From Oikopleura dioica (Eukaryota; Animalia; Chordata), in NCBI GenBank assembly GCA_907165135.1, contig OU015566.1:806001-870000 (forward strand): 64,000 nt of DNA, read 5' to 3'. The position numbers were made by a program, and so were the translations under genes. Under the pieces are notes generated by a model. The model was not told where the DNA came from. It made no database searches and saw only the letters and a program-made list of their open reading frames with translations. Position 1 is the first letter of the stretch. Each line of letters begins with the position of its first letter. Shown piece after piece: positions 36,003-47,239 of the stretch.

Positions 36003-36873
36003 CTAAAGACTCACTATTGCAGTTCTTCTGAAAACAGTACCTCCAAAATCATCGTCCTTCGACCTCAAATAATTGATCGAATATCCGCCGAAAAAACCAA
36101 CAAGAAAAGAAGCAATAATCGAAAACACCGCCTAAATCATATTTTCAACCCCTTTACCACCCCCTTCATTTTTACCCAAATAATTGCAGCTTGCAAGCAC
36201 CCTCTTGATTTTTCATTAACAGCATTGATAGCCAGCGGCCCAATAATGATCCCCGGCGAAATTGCGGCTATCCCAAGAATCGCAAGAAGAAAGAGGGAGA
36301 ATCTGTAGCAGCAGATGTTTCTACCGAAGCACTTTTGAAATTTGATGAGAGCATGGTCGACTGGGCCGTAGTAATCTTCTTCTGGGATCGGCAACCTGTG
36401 TAGAGAACCTGAGTCAGCCTTTGAAGAGCAAAAATGAAAAGCCGCGTAGCGGCTTTTTTAAAAACGAAGCCGCGAAGCGGCTTCGCCAATATTTCAAGAT
36501 AGATAAGAGTAATTGCGTTTCGAAGCCGCTAAGCGGCTTCTTTTTTAAAAAAGCCGCGGCACGGCTTTTCATTATAGTTCTTCAAAGGCTGACTCAGGTT
36601 CTCTACACAGGTTGCGGAGCCCAGGTCTTCCTCTGATACGGAAAGGCGGTCGTTGAGTAGGAGAAGGATTCCGATGTAGATGATGGCGAGGGGGAGGAGA
36701 AAAAGGCAAGAAATCAACAAGGAGTACCGGGCAAATTGTTCGATTGTAGCTGTGTCGCTTAAAATTTCTTCAGCTGTTTCGTTGAAACCTGAAAAAAATC
36801 CTTCTTTTAAGAAAAAAAAAAGTGAATCAGATAAACCGTTTTGATGAAGAAAGCTTTCGAGATTCTCGACCAT
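36003..36873 (-). CDS. Small multi-pass membrane protein, unknown function; ends uncertain
   Basis: Three to four hydrophobic segments across spliced ORFs 36529-36873, 36137-36394 and ~36003-36130. Confidence 0.5.
36382..36624. mobile_element. Family-E MITE occupying an intron
   Basis: 36-bp perfect TIR core GCAACCTGTGTAGAGAACCTGAGTCAGCCTTTGAAG, degenerate extension to CTGGG ends; internal AAGCCGC-NNN-GCGGCTT hairpins; 6/8 flanking direct repeat. Confidence 0.8.
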
Positions 36874-37244
36874 TAAATTTTATGTCTCTTTGTAAATTTG
36901 TGGTTTGGGCTGGTCCAATTTGCAAAAAGTGACGATTACAGTTTATTTAACTTTCATCAGCGCTTAAAAAATGATGTGCGAACAAGCTGCGCGGAAACGC
37001 CTGGGCTTGATTGCGTGCTGCAGTTGTCCCAAAATAGACACTGTAGCTGCTTGTCCCTTGTTTTAACCTAAATCCTTTAAAATATATTTTCCTCCAACTA
37101 GAAGCGTAGGAATAGCGGAACTCAGGTCGCATTATCCTTTCAAAAAAGCAAATAAGATCGAGAATGCTCATTGTTACGAATTAATTGTCTCTGGATTAAA
37201 GTTCCAAAAGTTTTTCCTTTGGTCGCAGAGATAGGAAATCAGAG

Positions 37245-38690
37245 ATGCGAGCGTTTACTCTGGAATGGCTTTTTGAGAAAATAATTTATATTTGAATTTT
37301 TGATAAAGGCCACTAAAAGACTTTCTTCATTACGAGTGCATTTGCGAAATGCACTCTTTGGCCAGGAGACAATCGAGATGATTTATTTTTGTCTCCATAC
37401 GATCAATTTGATAAAATAGGAAGGGATTGCTTTGGCTTTGAACAAGATACGACGATTTTGGGGGACATCGCAAGATTGTTTGATGTTATTTACGGCCGGG
37501 GCTACTACAGGTTTCTTCGTATCGTAAATATGTTAGATCCAATTTTTTTTTCAGGTCTTGGTCTGGTCTGGGAAGATTTTATAGCGCTCTTGACACAGAA
37601 GAATTATTCGAACGAACGATCGAGACAGATGTAGGCTTTCCTGAGCATTTAACAAAATACGCAAATTTTCTAGTTCGTTCTTGCTGGATATTACTTGCTG
37701 GACGAGTCGACTACATCTTCGATCTTGAACGGATCAGAGGTCGGCTTCGTCTCTTCGCCAATATCATCTGTCGTCAATCTTTTCGATTGGCTCTCTTATG
37801 GAATTGTTGCCTTCGAAGCATTTGAGCTAAACTATTATAACGACGAGAAAAATCTTCCTTTGGAAGAACTGGTCACCTCCATGCGCGACTGGTTCATGGG
37901 AATCGTCGATTTTCTCAATAGATATTACATCGATCAGATTTCTACGATATCGGCCATTTTTCTAAGCAATTCTTCACCGGACGTTATCGCTTTGAAAATT
38001 CTCTTCTTTGAATTGGACTATTTCTTCAACTGGCTTCCATCTATTCTCCTCTACGATTTCACGAGGGTTCAAACTGCTTATTTTGAGCTAGCGAATGAAA
38101 TCGCTTATCCTCCCCATTCAAACTCCACTTATTTTCATGAAGAATATTGGCCACAATATATCAACAAGATAACAACATTATCTCACAAGCTTTTCAGGTA
38201 AATCTTATCATTAATAATTTTAAAGAGATTTTCTATTCAGAGAATTTTTCATGCTGATTCATGAGCCATTCTTACGTTACCATACTTGCCCTGAAACTGA
38301 TGAAAAATGCTCTTTTATAAGGTAAATTAAAATTATAAATTTAGATTTTTTTTATAAATTTTAGATACTTGGAAGAAAATCTGCAGGGAAATATATTGTA
38401 CTTATATTTGGATTTTATGGCAAGTTTTGAAGACGGGCTTATCTATGGTATGCATTTCTTGGTATTATTTCTTCATCCTTAAAATTTCAGTTGATAATAT
38501 TTTCGTCGCTCTTTCAACAATAACATGGCTGGGAAGTTTTGCCGAACGATTTTTCCTCTCGATCGGAGACATCGTTGAAATCATCCTCGAAATCGACGAT
38601 ATTGTCGTCGAGCTGGCTCTAGAATTTGCACGAGCCTTTGGTCAGCTTCTTTCTGATCTGCTTGCTTCGATTCTCTCTTCTGCGGTTTAG
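37245..38690 (+). CDS. Putative secreted protein, unknown function, multi-exon
   Basis: Spliced signal peptide MRAFTL|TFFITSAFA; in-frame exons within ORFs 37389, 37695, 38427. Confidence 0.5.
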
Positions 38691-38842
38691 ACCTTCCTCT
38701 CAACGCAAATAAATTTCTTTATCTCTTTTCTTCTGACTTTCTCCTCTTTTGGAATCTCGCCAGGGTTCTAGGTCATCAAGGTTTATGTACTTTTCTGATA
38801 AGTGAAAGCTTCGCTCACATTTCGATTTTGGGGTAGAGAAAA

Positions 38843-40333
38843 ATGAAGATACTTATTTTCTACTGTCTGTTTCAGTCAATTTTTTCGAGAAAACATAAAC
38901 GAAAAAGAGACAAAAACTTTGATATAGCATCATGGGCCGGAAAACAAATGTCAAATACAGGTTTTATCAAACAAAACTTTGTTTTCAACCGTATCCCCGA
39001 AATATTCATTCAAAAAGAAACCTTCGGAAAAGCCTCAAAAACGCGGACGATCTGTACATCGAAGAACTTGCCTTCTCCAAATCCAACACCATTATCGACA
39101 TCTACGAGAGACTCGACAATCTAACCCTCACCTTCGAAAGAGTCTTCACCACAATCGAAGCCGTCGACCAGAAAATCGAAGCCCTAGAAGTAAAAATGGA
39201 AAACATGGTCTTCCAGCCAAAGCCAACCCCTCCACCAATCAACTATGCTTATTCTCGAATGCTTGTTATGTCCGCGGATGAGCCGAATTCGAGCTCGGAC
39301 ATGATCAATTTAAAAACGCTGTCAAATGTGAATTTTCAAATTTCGTTCCCGAAATTGCAGTGGCATTGCTTGGAGAACTACTATGGAAACGTCTATTCTA
39401 TTGGCGGCCGACACACGGAATATGAAATTTACGAGTTAGATGGAAGCTGCCGATTTCAACGAATGGATATTACGCTTCCGAAGGTATTCTTCCTTGATTC
39501 CAATTGAATGATTTTCAGGGCTTCATAAATCACCAATGCGCGCTGCATGATAATGTGATGTACGCGTGTCCTGATTGGTCGCGTGGGGACTCTTGCATTG
39601 GGATCAAAAGGGATTCTAGTGCTCTAACGGTAATAATTGTATTCAAGCGGTTTTGAACCTGATCAGATTTCTGGCGATTTTCGACTCAAAAAGCCTCGAT
39701 TTCATGCAGCAGTTGTGAGCAGCTACCGCGGTTTGATGGTCATTGGTGGTAAAAGCTCTTCAACTGAAATTTTAGTGTAAGTTGATTTCAATTTTCTTCC
39801 TTCAAAAGCTTTAGAAACGGGAATTTTATCGAGGGCCCAAGGTTGCCGATCCCAATTGGCGATGCTGGAGTCGTTCAAATTCATAAGAATGTTTATGTTC
39901 TGGGAGGATTCAATTATTACACAAATCAGGAGCTTTCAAGACAGAGTTTTTTATCGTTTGCCTATCTTTAGATGTTTTTCCACTCGAAAAACTCAAGAAA
40001 GCATGCTCATTCTATCGGAAGGCGCACAGTACTGGGCAAAAATTGGAGATATGCCTTCAAGAGCGAAGAATTTTCAAGGTCGGATTTTCAAGACAGAGAT
40101 CTTCAACATCTTTTTTAGTCATCAGTGCGGTGAAAAACGAAGCCTGGCTAGTTGGAGTGGAAGAAACAAAAATCCTGGCCTTCAGTGGAAATCGAACGGA
40201 AATGGACACTGTTGCCAATATCGGTAAAAAGAGCTATGTTTCTTTCGGAAAGATGACTTTTCAGGTCGAAAATCTGGCGTCCAGGTCGCGTTGGTCCACG
40301 ATGCCATCTGCAAGAATCTCCTCTGAATTTTGA
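38843..40333 (+). CDS. Secreted coiled-coil + kelch-like beta-propeller protein
   Basis: Signal peptide; heptad IYERLDNLTLTFERVFTTIEAVDQKIEALEVKM; YSIGGR..YEL and MVIGGK motifs. Confidence 0.55.
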
Positions 40334-40481
40334 AATAAATCTTATGTCCTCAGAAACTCGACTCATTCCTCAAACAAAAACCATGCCAAATTATTCATCC
40401 CTTTTCTGATGAATCAATTCAAGAACTTCAAAGTAAACAATTCTTGACAAAGCGCGTCAAACCCTTTTTTTCTCGTTGAAA

Positions 40482-42857
40482 ATGAGTGAGACCCTAAAAA
40501 CGCGACTAATCCCAAGAAATTTTCGAAAAAAGAGAAAACGATCGTCCAAAGACGATGTAAACGACGACTCAGTTTTTTGCCTCCGAAAAAGCCTCAAGAA
40601 TTCCGAATGGGGAAAAATTCTTTCAAAAATCGAAGTCGATGAAGTGAGACTAGCAGATATTTCGAAGCACTGTACTCTGATGCCGCCAAAGTATTATCAA
40701 ACGATTCTGGATCGAATGATTCGACCGAAATCGGGACATGATGACTTTGAGTCGGAAGATTTTACGATCGAGTTTAATTTTGATTTCTTCGGGCAATCTC
40801 AAAACTCAGAAAGCGCTCAATTCTCGACTCCAGAAAAGGGTTTTTATTTAAAAAATTCTTCTGAGGAATCTATGAAAAAACCTAGAAAAAGAATGTTTTC
40901 CTCTTTGGCTTTTATCCCAATCGAAGGCTCACGAAGAAATCATCAGTCATCCAGGAAGGGTCTTCATTTCTTATCATCGAAATTACAAATTTTAGCAAAA
41001 AAGGGGGTGGTGTCCAGAAACGACAAAAAATCGACAAATTTTCATCCAATCAGAAGCCTTGATTTCGCTTAAGTAGCCAAGTAGCCGCCCACGCAAAATT
41101 TGTCGAAATTTTTTGTCGGTTTCTGACCGAATCCCAAAAAATGACCCAAAATTAGCAATTGGCGTTTTTCTTCAAATAAAATGGAATCGAATTCGATACT
41201 TTTACTTCACCGACATTCTTTTTCAACTTGTTCTCGCTGTTTCTTGGCTTTACTTCACGAATTTCACGATCGCCAATTTTTCCGACGATCAGCCCTGGCA
41301 AAACTTCATCCCCCTCGCTCTCTCGATCTATATTTTTCTGAGAGAAATGCTGGACATGGGAATTTTCGGGCTGAAAAGTTATTTTCTCTCGGTGGAAAAT
41401 TGGCTTTCTCTGTCTCTGGCGGGGATGGGGATGATTATTTTTTGCGCGAAAAATGGTTTTCTTGAAAATTCGCTGCCAAAAGAGAGGCAGATTTTGATTC
41501 TTTCTTCTGGAAATATTCTCGCGTTTTTGGTGGTGATGCTCCACTGCAACAGGCATCCGCTCTTGTCGGTTTACACAACCAGGTTTCTTGAGCTCCCCGC
41601 TCTAGAATATAATCGCTTTTCAAGGACTTTTGCGGTGATAGCGGCAAAATATTTCACCGTCCTTCTGTTTTACTTCCCAATTTTTCTGGCTTTTGCGGTC
41701 AATTTTCGCGTCCTACTGACTCTTCCAGATGCGTCACTAGAATCTCGAGAGTTTTGGAATTCCTCAATTATTTCAATTTTTCGGACATTCACGATGCTCA
41801 CCGATCCTGACCCAGGTTACCTATTCGGTGACAACCCGCACTAAAATATTCTTTAGGAGATGTCTTCCCGGAATTCTTGGAAATCAGCTCTTTTTCCATC
41901 AGAACTTATGGTTTTCTGATCTACATGACGTTCTATTTCTTCATTTCCGTCGTTTTCATCAATCTTCTCAATGCCTATGCTGTCGCAAATGTCACAAAAA
42001 TCGAAGGTTGTTCCCCTCCTAAAAGCTCTAGAAAAATTATTCTTCAGCAAAAGCCGAAAATTGGAAACGCGTCTCGAAAATAGAAACCGTCTTGTTTTTC
42101 GAGGTCCTTTGGCCAATTTTTCTTTCATAAAATCTTTTAAGCGATGCACCCAAACCGTCCTAAAAGCCTTCGGAAAATTCGGCGAGCGACTTTGGCAGAA
42201 ATCCTTCGTCTGCTCCAAGCAATCTGATAATACTCGCCAATGCAAGCCAAACAGCTACAGAAAATTTCAAAACGCAAAGATTAAATCGCAGTCATCCGTT
42301 CTTCAACTCTTGACCTGGTGTGAGAAGAAAACTCCAGGTTTGGGTTTCCAGGGAGTTGAATGGTAAATGGCTTCAGAAACGACGGCGATTTGTGATTTGC
42401 AGACGATGCAAGATGCTAAGGAGCGCCTTATTCGGGAAAATTTCAAGTCGGAATTGACGAATATCAAAAGAATCAAGACGATTTACGACAAACCAACTGG
42501 TAAGTCTTCAAAATAAAGAGGAATATTTGGTCAGATTTCTATAGGAATTTTTTGGCCAAAAGTTATTTTCGGAATCCATTGGATTAATTGGTCGGATGTT
42601 CTTAAGGAGTCGGTTTCAAGTTTTTCAAAATATATATATAAAAATTAAGAAAGAAACACAGATATGGTGATTATTTCTGTCTTCTAGAAATATAGTCAAA
42701 ATAAATTTTTTAAGTGGTAATCGAAGGAAAAAACGCTGAAAAGTCCGAAATACCAGCTGGAGTTATCAACGCGAATAGAACCTTCGATAAACGACTGCGG
42801 CTGCTTGAAGCCAAACTCGACCATCTTTCCCGACAAATCGGCCGACTGTCAAAATGA
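40482..42857 (+). CDS. TRPA-like cation channel lacking ankyrin repeats
   Basis: ILDRMI..FTIEFNFDFF, FLQIKW..YF..DILF, six hydrophobic segments, SIFRTFTML pore helix, FINLLNAYAVANVTKI (cf. TRPA1 MNLLIGLAVGDI), C-terminal coiled coil. Confidence 0.65.
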
Positions 42858-43041
42858 AGCTTCTTTTAAATTCGTTATATAAGAAATCAAATTAGTAGGC
42901 CACGCCTTTACACTTTGCCTGCATTTATATTTACTCTGACCGTGGCAAAATGCAAACAATCTCTATTACATTATTCAAATAAAAGTTCGCTCTTTTTTGC
43001 GTTCCGGTACTGCTCGAAGGTTCCAAAAATCGAAAAAAAAG

Positions 43042-44548
43042 ATGCTGAGAAAATCGCTGGTTTCTTCAATTCGAGCCGGTTCTAGAGCTTTTCGTCAGGA
43101 ACCCTGGCAGGCGGAGAAATTGACGGATATTGGGACAAGAGGGATTTTTAATGAAGATCATGATATGTTCAGAGAATCTGTTAGAAAATGGTTTCAGGTA
43201 AAAAAGAGATCTTTTAATGATTGGCTTATTAATTCAAAAGGATAATGTTCCCCGAGATCTCGAAGAAAAATGGGAAAAGCAAGGCCATGTCGACCGGGAT
43301 GCCTGGCTCAAAGCCGGTGAAATGGGCCTCCTCGGCGTTGATGCACCAGAAGAAGTCGGCGGCATTGGAGGCGATTTCCTTTCCGCCATGATTGTCAACG
43401 AAGAACAAGCTTATCACAACTGCTCTGGCCTTGGCTTTTCTGTGCACAGCGACATCTGCCTTCCTTACATCTACAAATACGGAACTGCCGAGCAGCGAGA
43501 GCTGATTCCGTCCTTCGTCAGCGGCGAAAAAATTCTGTGCATCGGGATGACCGAGCCGGGGACTGGATCTGATCTTCAGGGGCTCAAGACAACGGCGATC
43601 GCGGACGGAGACGATTACGTAATCAACGGATCGAAGGTCTTTATCAGCAACGGTATCATGGCGGACTACTGTATCTTGGCGGTGGTGACTGATCCAAATG
43701 CGAGCAACAAGGCCGGAGCAATGAGCCTCTTTTTGGTCGACACATCGCTTCCAGGAACGCTCAAAAAATGCTCATGATAACTCATGATATCTATTTAAAT
43801 ATGCGCATATTACATCTTTTTGAGAAATTTTGAGCTTGAAAAAGGCTTCAACCGAGGGAAGAACCTGAAAAAGGTCGGAGTCAAAGCCAATGACACCGCA
43901 GAACTTTTCTTTGACAACTTGAGAGTTCCCAAATCTGCCGTTCTCGGCGGCCCAGACTGCGTCAACCAGGGTTTTGGATTTCTGATGAACGAGCTTGCAC
44001 GGTAAAAGATGATTTTTGACTCTTCTTGAAAACATTCAGTGAGCGACTTATGATCGGAGTCCAATGTACTGCTGGCCTTGAGAGCATGTTTGAGCAGACC
44101 AGAGCCTATGTGAAGGAGCGAAAGGCTTTTGGAAAAGGTATGTGGGCTTTAAAATGATGGTCACATTGTGTTTTGAAATTTAGAACTGATCAAGCTCCAG
44201 ACCATCCAACACAGACTTGCCGAAGTCAAAACTGAAGCTGCTTTTTGCCGATCTTTTGTCGATAAGGTCAGTTTTTCCGACTAAGATTTTGAGATTTAGT
44301 CAATTTTTTAGGCGATGGAATTGCAGGTCAACGAGGAACTGGACTACACAACTGCTTCTATGGCGAAATACATGTGCTCTGAAAAAGCTCACGTGAACAT
44401 TTCCAAAATGCTTCAACTCTTCGGCGGCTGGGGATACATGTGGGAGTACCCGATCGCCAGAGCGTATGCGGACTCTAGAGTCGCGATGGTCTACGGAGGA
44501 GCGAATGAAATCATGAAAGAGCTCATTGCCCGACCCATTCGATCATGA
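43042..44548 (+). CDS. ACADL: Long-chain acyl-CoA dehydrogenase, mitochondrial
   Basis: GIFNEDHDMFRESVRK, MTEPGTGSDLQG, DTAELFF, ERL (catalytic Glu), GGWGYMWEYPIARAY, YGGANEIMKELIAR. Confidence 0.93.
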
Positions 44549-44803
44549 TGATTTATTGTGACATTATTTATTGAAATAAAAGATTTCCAAAACATATTTT
44601 TCCTTCATCGGCCGGCAGGAAAAACGCAAGTTGGTACAATTCTAGTAGTCTATTTGGTTTTCACAGGTTTCCCAAGGAAGGTCAAAATTCATTGCTCCTG
44701 CCAGAAAATGACTCTAACTGTGACATGGGAATGGTGCGCCCGGGCGGCTTTTTAGAATCTCAGCAGATCATTTTCTCGATTTCACAAGAGAAAAAATCAG
44801 ATA

Positions 44804-47170
44804 ATGGAAAGTATCAAATTGAAGGATGAAGAGGAAGTGACGTGCATCGTCTGCAAATCTCAAGGTTTTTATAAAAAATTGTCTTCTTTATAAGGAGATC
44901 AGTAAAAAAGTTTTATTTTAGGATATCTACGGCAGATCAAAAAAGCTTGTTTTCTTGTTCCAAATGATATCGGCGGGCTCTCAAGCTACGACTATCAAGC
45001 AAAAAAGGGTCAACCAAAAAATGGGTTTACAACAAATAGAGTTACTGCTAAGTACCTCGTCACAGGAACTATATTTTGGGTCGCGGTTATGGTAGCGGCA
45101 AATTATATCACAAGTGCCATGAATCGATTTGTCCCCGGACACGGATCATTTTGCATCAAAGGTTTTAAACGATGCTCTGTTGAGGAAAACTTCGACTGGT
45201 GCGCGAGCCAGCTTTATTATTGCTTTTATGAAGATTTTGGCAATACAACTTTCCAGTTTCAAGAGGCTCCTACGATTCACCAAGAAAAAGTTTCTAGAAA
45301 TATTGATCGAAGAAATTTTACTGAAAATGAACAAGTCGCCAACAAGGATCAGTGCTTGTATTATTCCAGCATTGAAGTGAAAATGTGCGAGACCCTGTGT
45401 GACAGCGAAATTGCCAAGGTTTATGATTGTTATGGCATTTGCATGGCCCTTGGAGCTTCTGTCAAAAAGGAATACTGTCCGTTTGAGAAAAATTGTCCTC
45501 ATGGTTGCCCCTGCCCATATTATCAATGCGAGGTGAAGAAAAAAAGAGCGCATTTAGAAACGATTCATTTAGACCGGGCTTGCAATAACAGAGCCAATTT
45601 TTGTGGAAGAATCAGAATATTATTATGATGATCAATTAGGATATTGGAACTCTCGAAAATTTTATACTTTTCTTCTTGCGTTTCTTGACAGCAACAAAAC
45701 TTTATCAACAAAGCCGTATCCTCTTAACTTTACGGAACCGGGGTCTGCTTCTTTTTGTTCGGAAACTTACAAATCGCAACATTACATTTTCCACGGATAT
45801 TCGAAAATTCATTTTGATGAAAACTATACTTTTCTTGGGGAGACCAATCATCTGGAGATTATTCAAATCGACGAAGAAAGAGGTTTTCGAGTTCAAAAAG
45901 AATTATTTTTCTGAAATAACGAAAATTAGGTGTTGTTCGCAAAGAGATCGAAGACATGAAAGACAGATTTGAATTCGGAAAGGAAAGACCATCAGTTTGC
46001 GGTTCAGGATTTTTCGCAAGACGAGATGGGAAAGATGAAGATCGAATATTTTTATGCGCGCCGGCTACTGATCAAGCATCGTGTTATTTCTTTACTCCAG
46101 AAGATTTTACACTTCAGAAGCTTCGAGAACTAAAGCCGTTTCCATATTTTACAGTTTGGTGGCAAGCAGACCCATATTTTACTTATCGAAAAGATGGCTA
46201 TTTTACGATTTTTTCGTGCAATGTTGACAGTCAAAGGTTTTCTGTTATTTATTCTGACAAAATTCAATTATTCGAATAATAGATGCAAAACAGACTCTTT
46301 CATGGGTCATCGCCATGGTTGGAAATCAGAGTTTTTCTCAACAAAAGGTTTATCCCTCGCTAAGCTTAGCTCAGCTCCGTGATTTTTGAAAATGATCTGA
46401 TCTGCTCAGCTCAGCTCAGTTCAGACAACTTTCACTCAGCTCAGCTTAGCTCAGCTCAATGACTTTAACACAATTTTACTACTAAAACACAGTAATAAAC
46501 AGCTGAGCTCAGCTCAGCTATAATTAGGGTCCGCGCACCTCAGCTCAGCTCAGTAACCTCCGAAATAGGCCAGCTCAGCTCAAAGAAATTTTTACTCAGC
46601 TCAGCTCAGCAAAAATAAAGCAAGATTTGCCATTCTGATTTTAACGAATTTTAGACTCTGGTAAATTAAATTATGAAGGGGCAATGGTGGTCAAAGCTTT
46701 CGAAGATAAACACGGAACTAACTTGATCGTCAGAAAGACAGGTTTATCTGGTTGATTGTGTTTAATAATTTATCTTGAAATTAAGCTACCGTGAGCAAAA
46801 GTTTTTCGTTCTTCAGGCTCTATGAAGGACACTGGATTGAGCTTGTTGATGACCGAGAATTCAACTGCTACGAAAAGAACTTCTTTTTTGACATGGATTC
46901 TCATGAACAAATAGATCCGATTCTTATCTCGGGGAAACTTTTCATTCTTACTCCGTATTCGTTCACTCCTATGGGCGGAGGAGCACATTATTTTTAGCTG
47001 AAGTTGATCTTAAGGATGTGTCCTCTGGAAAGACTACTAACGGCACTTGCCTTGAGATCGAATTCCCCAAGCGTAATGAGTTTTCTTACTTGAATATTTA
47101 TGTTTAGAATTTTTATTTGAAAACTGTTTAAATTTTCATTTTCTCTAATAGTTGTTTCGTTGGATTTCAA
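44804..47170 (+). CDS. Type II membrane protein with Cys-rich domain (CPFEKNCPHGCPCPYYQC) and long C-terminal region; 3' end uncertain
   Basis: ATG 44804, TM segment YLVTGTIFWVAVMVAA, ORF 45089-45628 and downstream in-frame exons. Confidence 0.5.
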
Positions 47171-47239
47171 AAAATAAAAATAAAAGCCAGAAATCATGGC
47201 GTTTGTTTATTTAAATTTATTAAACAAAAAGCAAAGAAA

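Noticed and set aside
37245-47170. Five co-oriented genes as an operon
   Set aside because: Gaps of ~150-260 bp without consistent trans-splice acceptors; cannot be supported without SL-read data
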